Under the pieces are notes generated by a model, which made no database searches, was not told where the DNA came from, and worked only from the letters and a program-made list of their open reading frames with translations. From contig DMMZ01000042.1 in NCBI GenBank assembly GCA_003452915.1, positions 22,482-86,481 on the forward strand: a stretch of 64,000 bases of DNA, given 5' to 3'. A program made the translations under genes and the position numbers. The DNA is from Clostridiales bacterium. GTDB lineage: Bacteria > Bacillota > Clostridia > Oscillospirales > CAG-382. Below are positions 20,789 through 29,602 of the stretch, piece by piece; within the stretch, counting starts at the first letter, position 1; each line of letters starts with the position of its first letter.

Positions 20789-21229
20789 ATGGCATCACTA
20801 ATACCATTCAACAGAAATCAAAATTATTTCAACACAGGCTTCAATGAATTCTACAACATGCTTGATGACTTTTTTGCTGATAGCAGACCCGGTAGAAATC
20901 TCGCAAGAGATACCTTTAAGGTAGATGTTTGCGATAATGAAAAAGAATTTAACGTTATCTGCGACATGCCCGGTGTAAAAAAGGACGAAATCAATCTTGC
21001 TATCAACGAAGGACATCTTAATATCACAGTTGGCAGAAATGAAGAAAAAGAAGAAAAGAAAGACAATTACCTTCACAGAGAAAGACGCTCCAGCTCCATG
21101 ACAAGAAGCATTTACCTGGGTGATATTGATCAAGCAGGTATCAGAGCAAAGCTCGAGGAAGGCGTTCTAAGCATTAATGTACCTAAAAAAGCAAAGGTTG
21201 ATACAACCAAAAGAATAGAAATAGAATAA
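20789..21229 (+). CDS. Hsp20/alpha-crystallin family small heat-shock protein
   Basis: Alpha-crystallin domain (FKVDVCDNEKEFNVICDMPGVKKDEINL...GVLSINVPK). AAAGGAG RBS. Confidence 0.9.
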   Translation: MASLIPFNRNQNYFNTGFNEFYNMLDDFFADSRPGRNLARDTFKVDVCDNEKEFNVICDMPGVKKDEINLAINEGHLNITVGRNEEKEEKKDNYLHRERRSSSMTRSIYLGDIDQAGIRAKLEEGVLSINVPKKAKVDTTKRIEIE

Positions 21230-21245
21230 TAAAAGTAAGTATTAT

Positions 21246-21275
21246 AAAGACCTGCCGATTTTTCGACAGGTCTTT
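21246..21275. terminator. Bidirectional rho-independent terminator
   Basis: aaagacctg / caggtcttt stem with A and T runs on either side. It lies between convergent hsp20 and the methyltransferase pseudogene. Confidence 0.6.
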
Positions 21276-21277
21276 AA

Positions 21278-22170
21278 TTATGCTTCTTTTACACCGCTAA
21301 TAGCAAGTACAGTGCTTACACAATAATCCCATAACTTCTCACCTTTTTTATATTGCTCAAGCCGTGTGTCATAACGACAGTTAATCATACTAAGTAATTG
21401 ATTGTATTCATCATCGGTTAAAGCATTTGGTGCCAGACGCTGGGCTTTTTTAACGCTGCATATTTCTGAAAGCCTGTTCTCGTTAATTTGTTCGGTCGCC
21501 ATTTCTTCAGTTGCATTAAAACTGTCTGGTGCATATGGCAAGACAGCTAATACATCCACACTGATATTTTTAAAATTATATTTTTCAAGATATTCGAAAT
21601 AACGTCTCTCGTTGTTTTCGTATCGCTGAATATTACTTAAATCATTCTTATCAGCTTCGTTCCAGAGCTTGTCAAATAGTACCTTTTCCTCGGAATTTTC
21701 ATTTGGAATCCAAATTTCCGGATTGTTTCCGCGATTCACAACACATAATATTATTATTTTCCCATTCGGTTTCAATACCCTGTATTGTTCTTTAAAAAAT
21801 CATTCGGTTCACAAAAATTTATTACTGTATGTGAAAAGCAAGTGTCAAAGGTATTATCCTCGAATGGAAGAGAGGTAGCGTCACCGTTTACAAACTTACA
21901 ATTCAAATTCAACTCCAATGATTTTGTCTTAGCATATTCAATGTGTCCTGTGTCAAAGTCAAGTCCTGTAACATCAGTGTCCGGCAGATATGTTTTTATC
22001 CTATGGCAAAAGATACCGCCGCCGCAGCCGACTTCAAGAACCTTCATCCCGTTTTCTATCTGAAAAGCCTTGAGCCATAAATCCTTATTTCCATCATGAA
22101 AACGTAATGCTCGTGAACGATAAAGCTCCTCTGATTCCTGTACATATGTAGACCAATAAGTATTTTTCAT
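21278..22170 (-). pseudogene. Class I SAM-dependent methyltransferase, split by a 1-nt frameshift
   Basis: The N-terminal ORF (22170-21772) carries VLEVGCGGG and ends ...EPNDFLKNNTGY*. The next frame reads KEQYRVLKPNGKIIIL and runs into the 21775-21278 ORF. The expected methyltransferase motif is split. The shift is at the T3/A6 run 21791-21799. Confidence 0.65.
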
Positions 22171-22257
22171 TAAATTACCTCCATAAAAAATATTTGAATT
22201 AAAATTATAATAACATATATTTTAAATTAGTACAATATTTTTTTAAAGAATATAACC

Positions 22258-22293
22258 AAAGAACCGCAATCCTTTTACAGACTGCGGTTCTTT
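22258..22293 (-). terminator. Putative terminator of the spoIID/M23 transcription unit
   Basis: aaagaaccgca / tgcggttcttt stem with a 14-nt loop, 35 nt downstream of the stop at 22328. Confidence 0.5.
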
Positions 22294-22327
22294 GCTATGA
22301 AGTGCAATGTTAGTTTAAAATCAAAAA

Positions 22328-23029
22328 TTAATCAATTCCCTCAAGCTCGGGCTTCGGATCGATGAGATCTCCGCTTAACTTTAACTCAAAGTGCAGATGC
22401 GATGGATCAGCCGCTTCATTAATTGCTGATGCACCGATTGCACCGATGATATCTCCTGCTTTTACAATTTTGCCGACTATAATTCCCTCAGGCAATTCAG
22501 CAGCTAGGTTTTTGTAATACGAAGTTAAACCATAAGCGTGTTCTATAACAACAGTTTTACCGTAAAAAGGATCATCTACGATCTCTTTAATTGTACCGTC
22601 GGTGTATGATTTTACAGCACTTCCCAAATCTGCTGCGATGTCTATACCTGAATGAACTCTATAGTCTTGCATAGTTGAGGAGAACACGAGAGCTTCCATT
22701 GAAAATTCCTTTTGAATTGTCCCATTATCAACAGGAAAAACATAAACAGGCTCGGGATCGGTAATTACTTCATCAACGTCCGATTCTTCACCGCCAACAG
22801 GAGCTTCGCTGATATCCGGTACACTTACATCCGGAATAGATACATCGGGTATGCTTACCTGTGGTATGCTGGTTATGTCGTTGTAATTATAGGACATTGT
22901 TAAAATACCTATCGTCAGCGCAGTAACTATACAAATCGCAAGCGCAAGATAGATGTAAGCAGAATACCCGTTGATCTTTTTTACTTTGGGTTTTTGCGGG
23001 TTTGATCCGTTGTTTTTCTTATCATTCAT
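22328..23029 (-). CDS. M23/LytM-domain membrane protein, SpoIIQ-like
   Basis: N-terminal TM helix. The LytM domain has intact HSGID and HLHFE metal motifs. It lies immediately downstream of spoIID, as in clostridial spoIID-spoIIQ loci. The linker contains a (I/V)PDVS repeat. Confidence 0.7.
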   Translation of the reverse strand: MNDKKNNGSNPQKPKVKKINGYSAYIYLALAICIVTALTIGILTMSYNYNDITSIPQVSIPDVSIPDVSVPDISEAPVGGEESDVDEVITDPEPVYVFPVDNGTIQKEFSMEALVFSSTMQDYRVHSGIDIAADLGSAVKSYTDGTIKEIVDDPFYGKTVVIEHAYGLTSYYKNLAAELPEGIIVGKIVKAGDIIGAIGASAINEAADPSHLHFELKLSGDLIDPKPELEGID

Positions 23030-23105
23030 AATATTTCCCCCTGTGTAATGTATTTACACAGATATTTTTCGCCTATTCTTGGGAAAATATTCATTATGTT
23101 AGTAA

Positions 23106-24065
23106 TTATTTTCTTTTAACTAACTGAGTATCTGTGAAGTAAAATGATAATATTTCTTTATAAGTCTTTCCCTGTAAAGCAAGAATGTTCGCTCCGTATT
23201 GACTCATTCCCAATCCGCTTCCAAAACCGGTAGAACAAATAGTGTAACCATCACTGTTTTTTGTTATTTCTATGCAATTGGAATTTAAACCTACTAGCTC
23301 GGCAAATCTTGCAGCCGTTATTTCGGTGGAACCAAACATAACATAATTACTTCGTTTATTTTCATTGAGTGTTGCAAATGCCTGTTCACCTTCGGAATAT
23401 GAATAATCATAACCGTTTGACATAAGCAGTTTTTCCAGCTCTTCAAAGGTGATTTTAACTTCTTTTTCGTAATAAATAAATCCCGATTCATCAACGTTAT
23501 TCACTGCAGTAAGATAAGGTACTGCTATATTAAATACGTTTTCGTAGCTTTCGGTACGGGCAGGGGAGGAGATATGATAGAGTGTCATTGCAGTTTTTCC
23601 GTTATATGTAAGTATCTCTCCACTGGTTTCATAAACAGCATCCTTCATCGCGTTATAGCGTTCTGTTGCGTTATCATCACCTGCAAGAGCCTTGAGTGCG
23701 TCATATGTAATATATCTTCGGCAACAATCGGGATTTGAACAAAAATCAGCATCGGGATGAGGTGAATCATTGTTTTCATGTTTTGCTTGTTCCAAAATAT
23801 ATACTGCATAGCTTCTGATACAAACCGCTTGTGCGAAAAGAGCTTGTTTTTCATAGCTTGCAGGCATTTCTGTTAGCATAACACCGAGAACATATTCATC
23901 AAGCGTCATTTCGGCTGTTTCACCGTTTGGAAGCAAAACAGTATACATTTCTTCTGTTTCTGTAATTACTTCGTTGTTCTCTATATGATTAATTACAACC
24001 GGAGTAAACGGAATCAAGGATGTCCACAACAAGAGAATAAAAAAATAAAGCAAATAGTTTTTCAA
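23106..24065 (-). CDS. spoIID: Stage II sporulation protein D (SpoIID lytic transglycosylase)
   Basis: Single N-terminal TM helix and a SpoIID/LytB domain (EMPASYEKQALFAQAVCIRSYA ... GLGMSQYGANILALQGKTYKEILSFYF). Confidence 0.85.
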   Translation of the reverse strand: MKNYLLYFFILLLWTSLIPFTPVVINHIENNEVITETEEMYTVLLPNGETAEMTLDEYVLGVMLTEMPASYEKQALFAQAVCIRSYAVYILEQAKHENNDSPHPDADFCSNPDCCRRYITYDALKALAGDDNATERYNAMKDAVYETSGEILTYNGKTAMTLYHISSPARTESYENVFNIAVPYLTAVNNVDESGFIYYEKEVKITFEELEKLLMSNGYDYSYSEGEQAFATLNENKRSNYVMFGSTEITAARFAELVGLNSNCIEITKNSDGYTICSTGFGSGLGMSQYGANILALQGKTYKEILSFYFTDTQLVKRK

Positions 24066-24119
24066 GAGGTTGTCCTCCTTTTTACACTTTGCTTTATCTA
24101 TATTCGTTTATAGATGTTA

Positions 24120-24962
24120 TTATGACTGCTTTTCTAAATCATTTTTTGCGGAATTATACTCAATACATTCCAGATGGATTAATCTTGTAGCGATATATAA
24201 CGCTAAGGATAAATCAACTACAGAATAAAGTGTGGTATAATTGGTTGGTAGATACCAAAAAGCGGATAATATAATTGTAGGAATAGTGTAAATAAGTGAA
24301 AATAAAATCGTAGCAAAACCAAAGATTATATATAAGGTCATATTTCCGTTTCCGGCTTTGAATTTACTTTCAGTGAGAAAAAAGAGAAGAAAAGCAATAA
24401 TAGAAATCAATAAAAAGTGAGTAGATGATGCATCGGGTGTGGTGCTTTGTCTTATAAAATCATTTAACAACCTGAGTGCAAATGTAGCTACAGGGGCAAG
24501 AGAAAGCCAGGTGATAAGATTGCAACAAGTATCTGCTTTCCTACTCGCGTTAACTAAAAAATAAATTGAACTGATAAATGCAGATATCAATATAAAAACC
24601 CTTAAGGTTGTAAGCTCGATAGTTTCGGCAAAATAAAAAATATAGAAAAATAAAGATCCTAAAATAATAAAGCTACTTAAGGATGTGGAAAAAATAATTG
24701 AAGGTTCGCCGCATACAAGTTTATTTTTTATTTTTCGACCCAAATAGAGTGCAGCTAAAAGAAAAATAAGCATTATAAATATTGATATAACCGTAAATAA
24801 ATATGTTTCGAAGTTATCTTCTAGGTAATAATTTGAATCGTCAATTTTTGGACAAATATCCATATTATTCTGTATAACAAATATTCTGTATATCGAAATG
24901 GCAAGGCTTGTAACAATTACAGATATAATTATTATCCGTTTTTGTAGTGCGAATTTAGTCAT
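24120..24962 (-). CDS. Polytopic membrane protein, unknown function
   Basis: 280-aa ORF with about 8 hydrophobic helices. I recognise no motif. No Shine-Dalgarno sequence is visible at the annotated start. Confidence 0.55.
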   Translation of the reverse strand: MTKFALQKRIIIISVIVTSLAISIYRIFVIQNNMDICPKIDDSNYYLEDNFETYLFTVISIFIMLIFLLAALYLGRKIKNKLVCGEPSIIFSTSLSSFIILGSLFFYIFYFAETIELTTLRVFILISAFISSIYFLVNASRKADTCCNLITWLSLAPVATFALRLLNDFIRQSTTPDASSTHFLLISIIAFLLFFLTESKFKAGNGNMTLYIIFGFATILFSLIYTIPTIILSAFWYLPTNYTTLYSVVDLSLALYIATRLIHLECIEYNSAKNDLEKQS

Positions 24963-24972
24963 ATCTGAAAAT

Positions 24973-25009
24973 CACCCCTTGACGAGTATTATACATCTCG
25001 CAAGGGGTG
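24973..25009 (-). terminator. Strong hairpin with a U-tract (terminator or attenuator)
   Basis: On the minus strand: caccccttgcgag-N10-ctcgtcaaggggtg (13 bp with 1 bulge) followed by attttc. It ends 10 nt before the ATG at 24962. Confidence 0.55.
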
Positions 25010-25110
25010 TTTGTAAATAGAGATTAAATATTTTACATTTTATAAAAAGGATGTTCTATTTTCGTCTTATTTACTAAAAATTCCTATTATATATCAAATA
25101 AAATGCCAGG

Positions 25111-26778
25111 TTAATCGTTAATATTAGTCAAAACCGTTCCCGGAAAATAAAATGATAGTGTATATGCATAATCATAACCCTCCGAAATCAACGCTTCTGC
25201 CCCGACTTGACTGAAGCCCACACCGTGTCCTTTTCCTTTACCATCAAAAACAATTAAGTCGGATTTTATACTTTTTGATATGCCATTTGCTGTTATAACA
25301 TCATATGTCTTGCCAAAGCTATCAATTTCTTCAACGCCCTTAGCAGTTATTATGGATGTTACATATTCTTTTTCGCTGTTAGCGTCAACGTCTGTAACAG
25401 GTGTATTAAAAGAATAATGAACCTTAAAGTTCGAACTATAAAACTCAAGGATTCCTCTTATTTCCGCAGAATTATAAACGGTGACGGTGTTGCCGTTAAT
25501 ATCCGAAACCGCAAAAGCGGTAACATATTCTGATCCATAAGGATCGGTTGCTGTTATCTCTACGTTTTCTATTTCACTGCGAAGCGTAGAAAATGTGTTA
25601 CGTGTTTTTAAATATTTAAACAATTCATCTTTGTTGAAAACCTTTTGCCACACAAAACCGCTTCCTTCCGGTTCTTCTTGAAAAACACTGGTCAGATAGG
25701 GGAGAGTATTACTTCCCCATGCAGCAGCTGAGCTGCAGCTTGCTCCACCATTGCTGTAATTATACAAACAGTATATGGGACTTCCGTCATAGGTTAAGAT
25801 TTTACCTTTTGTAGAATCAACAATTGCGTCATTAATAGGGCTTTCACGATAATTCCCTTTATATACCTGACAGCAGGAACTGTTGCATACATCAAAACCG
25901 TATTCGGCATGTTTACTTGTAAGCGGAACGGTACGAACAAGAATTGAAAACGCTTTTGTAACTTCTTCCGATGCGTTTGTACCGATTTCATTTGCCATCA
26001 CGCACTTAACATATTGTTCAAGCTCAATACAGTTTATCATGTTCAGTTTTTTATTATTTACCAAGTATTCAAAAAAGCCGAAATATGAATAACTGTTTGG
26101 CAGCGTAACCGTCCCGTTGTTTCTTGCTTGAAGTGCAAAGCTATTGATATCATCGTCATATTCAAACAGTATTTTTTGTACTTCAAGGTCGCAAAGTGTA
26201 ATTCCATTTCCCGATGGTGAAACAACCTGACTACCTGAATGATTTTCTTTTTCTATTTCTGCATCTTCATAAGAAACAAACGAACCTATACGAATAAAAT
26301 ACTTTCCGTTTGAATAAGCAACAAATGCGTTTGGATTGTTCTCTGCTGCGGCCTTAGCGGCTGAATAGGTTTTATAAATTTCGCTTAATTGAAGATGATA
26401 TCCGCCAAAGACAATTTCACCCATGGAGCCCGGATACAGCATGTCGCTTTCCCAACTTTTTGCGCAAAAATTACCGCTGGGAGCAACTATAATTTTATTA
26501 TTGTCAAATTCAAACAACTTAATAAATTTTTTACTATCTGAATATCCGATCTCAAAACCGCTATGAGATATGTTGGCACAGGAATAAATGCTTGTATCCT
26601 TACCCGGAATAGAATAGTATATTCCTACTTTGACTGTATTAGATGAGGAGGGTTGTTTTGCATAAACCTTCTCGGCTTGATAGGCTGAAGCAAAAACCAA
26701 GGCTGATGTTAAAATGCAGATTACTGTTATCTTAGCCGATTTCATAGCTGCCCCTAATCGTGAAATACGCTTTTTCAC
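25111..26778 (-). CDS. Secreted SpoIID/LytB-domain protein with a SPOR-like segment
   Basis: Signal peptide. A SPOR-like stretch (AAKAAAENNPNAFVAYSNGKYFIRIGSFVSYEDAE). A SpoIID/LytB domain (ELEQYVKCVMANE..., GKGHGVGFSQVGAEALISEGYDYAYTLSFYFPGT). Confidence 0.8.
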   Translation of the reverse strand: MKKRISRLGAAMKSAKITVICILTSALVFASAYQAEKVYAKQPSSSNTVKVGIYYSIPGKDTSIYSCANISHSGFEIGYSDSKKFIKLFEFDNNKIIVAPSGNFCAKSWESDMLYPGSMGEIVFGGYHLQLSEIYKTYSAAKAAAENNPNAFVAYSNGKYFIRIGSFVSYEDAEIEKENHSGSQVVSPSGNGITLCDLEVQKILFEYDDDINSFALQARNNGTVTLPNSYSYFGFFEYLVNNKKLNMINCIELEQYVKCVMANEIGTNASEEVTKAFSILVRTVPLTSKHAEYGFDVCNSSCCQVYKGNYRESPINDAIVDSTKGKILTYDGSPIYCLYNYSNGGASCSSAAAWGSNTLPYLTSVFQEEPEGSGFVWQKVFNKDELFKYLKTRNTFSTLRSEIENVEITATDPYGSEYVTAFAVSDINGNTVTVYNSAEIRGILEFYSSNFKVHYSFNTPVTDVDANSEKEYVTSIITAKGVEEIDSFGKTYDVITANGISKSIKSDLIVFDGKGKGHGVGFSQVGAEALISEGYDYAYTLSFYFPGTVLTNIND

Positions 26779-27229
26779 CGGTTATTAATAGATACTTTTT
26801 TGCATCGGAATTTGACGAGTAATAAACATGTCCGTATTCAAGCGATTTACCAGAAAAGAGCTCTGCTCCCATGGACATATCCGTAACTCCGTCACCTTTT
26901 TGGGTAGAAGTTGTTATAATAACTGCTCCGCCACCTCTGTATATCAATTCACAGTCAACACCGAGCAAAAGCATCTTTCCGCTTTCTATACTGATATCTG
27001 CATAAGCAGAAGAACCGCTTACGATTGTGTTACCTCCCGATTGTCTCAGTATTTCTTCTTTAAGCTCCTTTATGACCTTGTCAACATAACTAAGTGTTAC
27101 CAAAGGATCAGAATCTCCGCTTAAAACATCGTCGGATGATTCATCGGCGGACGCTGTTATGCACAGCGTAGCGGTAATAAGAATTACTATAAAAAATAAT
27201 AATAATCTCCTGTTTTTACATATATTCAT
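26732..27229 (-). CDS. Secreted hypothetical protein
   Basis: ATG 27229 (MNICKNRRLLLFFIVILITATLCITASA) is a signal peptide with an AAAGGA RBS. The 3' end overlaps the next gene. I recognise no family. Confidence 0.55.
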   Translation of the reverse strand: MNICKNRRLLLFFIVILITATLCITASADESSDDVLSGDSDPLVTLSYVDKVIKELKEEILRQSGGNTIVSGSSAYADISIESGKMLLLGVDCELIYRGGGAVIITTSTQKGDGVTDMSMGAELFSGKSLEYGHVYYSSNSDAKKYLLITGEKAYFTIRGSYEIG

Positions 27230-27452
27230 GAATGAAAATCCTTTCCAAAAAATACTACCTATTACAATAAATTTTATTAAAATGCTAAGCATTTTTTAAT
27301 ACCGAATAGGAATATAAAATAATGTATCTGTAATATTATACCACATTTGTCAACCCCCTAACAAAAAACACCCTATATTTTACAAAAAGTATTGCTAAAA
27401 AAGGGTTTTTAGTGTAAACTATTGTAAATATAGAGAAGGGGATAATAAAACA

Positions 27453-29588
27453 ATGTTTAAAAGCAGAAAGCGTTTTGGAAATGAATATATTTCTATTGCT
27501 ATAGATACAACCTCTGGTGAGATTTTAGAATTGCTTAATAAACAAAACGGTGATAATTTAATAAAAAGCACACCATTCAGCATACCGAGTATGTTTTCTA
27601 TTTTAGTAGGCTCGGTGCGTTTAAGTGTTCCTAAGCTGGTCATGGTCAGAAACAATCCTGATCTTAGAGCACAAATAAGTGAAGTTAAAAGGGATAACGG
27701 AACTGAGATAAACATAATTTACAACAAATTGTCAGACGGAACAACCGTATACGATATACAATTAGCAATTATTATTTTCCTGCCGGATGACAGTGGAAAG
27801 CTTATTTTATCCGCTGATGTAAAGAATAACGGTGGTTATGATGTTGAAAAATTCTGCTTTCCTATTATCAGCGGAATCTATCTGGGTGAAAACTATAAAA
27901 ACGATACATTGGTTTATCCGTATAATTCGGGGATGAAATTTCATAACCCTGTTGAATACTTTGCGAAGAAACCCAAGAGCATCTTCTGGCGTTGGCAAGA
28001 ATATCGTTATTGTTATCATATGGATGGCTGCTGCGGTGTTAAGAACGCAGACGGTCTTTATAGTTATTCATCTTTATACTCCGGTGCTACCTCAATGGCA
28101 TGGTTTGATCTTTATGATGACAACGGTGGAATCTATTTCGGAATGCATGAACGAAACGGAATCTGCCGTCTTAAAGCGGATACATTCGGTCCGGACAGCC
28201 CCGGTATGATTTTCAGCATTGAAAAGACTGTTGAGAATATAGAAAGCTTTTGTTTGAACAACGTAGTTATTGCTCTACACGAGGGAGATTGGCACGATGG
28301 AGCCGATATATACAGAGCGGCTCATGAGATTGAAGAACTTAAAGAACCCACTTGGTGGAATAAGAGTGTTTCACTCGCGGCACATTATGATTTCAAATAC
28401 CAGAATGGCGGAATAGTACATCGCTTTTCGGATATTCCATCGTTGGTTGAACAAGCAAAAAGCTTAAATACCGACCATTTATTATTCTCTGGCTGGCATA
28501 CAGACGGCTTTGACAACGGTTTTCCGGAATATTATGCCGATAAAGACCTTGGTAGTGAACAAGACCTTGCTACAGGACTTAAATATGCAGCCGATAACGG
28601 AGTTAAAGTCTCTTTCTATATTAATACGCGTATTGCAAACAGAAAGTTCGAGCATCTGACTGAGTTTATAAAGGACAACGCTGTTATAAAACGTGATGGT
28701 ACACCTGAAGTTGAAGGATACGGTGACGCAACCATTTCCTTCGCTACAATGTGTGCAAGCAGTGAAGGCTGGAAAAACAGACTTTTACAAGCTATCGAAT
28801 ACGTTGTTGACCTTGGTGCAACCGGAGTTTATCTCGACCAGCTTGCAATGGCACCACCAAAAACGTGTCACAGCAAGGACCACAACCATCGTTCCGACGA
28901 TTGGTGCGAGGGCTATAAGGATATGCTTGCAAAAGCTAATAAAATTAAAACAAAAAGCGGTGAGCCAATCTCCATTATTATTGAGGGATGTTCCGATTTG
29001 TTCGGGTCACTTGTAAATGGCAGTTTGGTTTCAACATTCATTTCTCTGCACAGCGGTGCATTTCCCGAGCTTTATCGCTATACCTTCCCAAAACAAAGAC
29101 TTGTTGACATGGTATATCCTAAGAACAATCTTGCAATGCGTCCTGTTCATGTTGCACAGCGTTCGTCGGATATGATAAATAAATCGTTTGTAACCGATAT
29201 TTATTTCTGGGTATACGATCTGGAGGAGGATAACAGCTTTTTTGAAGACCCCGAACAGCTAGGTTACTTAAAAAAGGTTATTGAACTTAAGAAAAACTGG
29301 CATCAGAAATATGTGGGCTTCGTTTTTGCGGATGAAAAGGGTATAAGCGAAAAAAGCGAGGAGCTTACTGCAAAATTCTATTATAAAGACGATTTGTGCC
29401 TTATCGCTTATGCGAGTGACGGAAAAACCGTATGCGATCTTAAAACAATTTTCCCTGCCGAACTAATCGAATTTAATTGTGCAGAGGGTGTAGATTCTGT
29501 TTACGAAGAGCTTGTACCGGATCTTTGCTATATTAAAATCGCTTACTCACGCTGTGGAACAATTTTATTAAAAAAATTAAAAAATTAA
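27453..29588 (+). CDS. Large cytoplasmic protein, glycoside-hydrolase-like, family unassigned
   Basis: 711 aa with no signal peptide and an AAGGGGA RBS. The central region has TIM-barrel-like motifs (LLFSGWHTDGFDNGFPEYY, GATGVYLDQLA, IIIEGCSD). The family could not be assigned by eye. Confidence 0.5.
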   Translation: MFKSRKRFGNEYISIAIDTTSGEILELLNKQNGDNLIKSTPFSIPSMFSILVGSVRLSVPKLVMVRNNPDLRAQISEVKRDNGTEINIIYNKLSDGTTVYDIQLAIIIFLPDDSGKLILSADVKNNGGYDVEKFCFPIISGIYLGENYKNDTLVYPYNSGMKFHNPVEYFAKKPKSIFWRWQEYRYCYHMDGCCGVKNADGLYSYSSLYSGATSMAWFDLYDDNGGIYFGMHERNGICRLKADTFGPDSPGMIFSIEKTVENIESFCLNNVVIALHEGDWHDGADIYRAAHEIEELKEPTWWNKSVSLAAHYDFKYQNGGIVHRFSDIPSLVEQAKSLNTDHLLFSGWHTDGFDNGFPEYYADKDLGSEQDLATGLKYAADNGVKVSFYINTRIANRKFEHLTEFIKDNAVIKRDGTPEVEGYGDATISFATMCASSEGWKNRLLQAIEYVVDLGATGVYLDQLAMAPPKTCHSKDHNHRSDDWCEGYKDMLAKANKIKTKSGEPISIIIEGCSDLFGSLVNGSLVSTFISLHSGAFPELYRYTFPKQRLVDMVYPKNNLAMRPVHVAQRSSDMINKSFVTDIYFWVYDLEEDNSFFEDPEQLGYLKKVIELKKNWHQKYVGFVFADEKGISEKSEELTAKFYYKDDLCLIAYASDGKTVCDLKTIFPAELIEFNCAEGVDSVYEELVPDLCYIKIAYSRCGTILLKKLKN

Positions 29589-29602
29589 TAAAGAGGGTTT
29601 TT

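Noticed and set aside
22800-22875. An imperfect 15-bp tandem repeat inside the M23 gene.
   Set aside because: It simply encodes the (I/V)PDVS linker repeat of the protein. It is in frame and coding, and is not an independent DNA feature.
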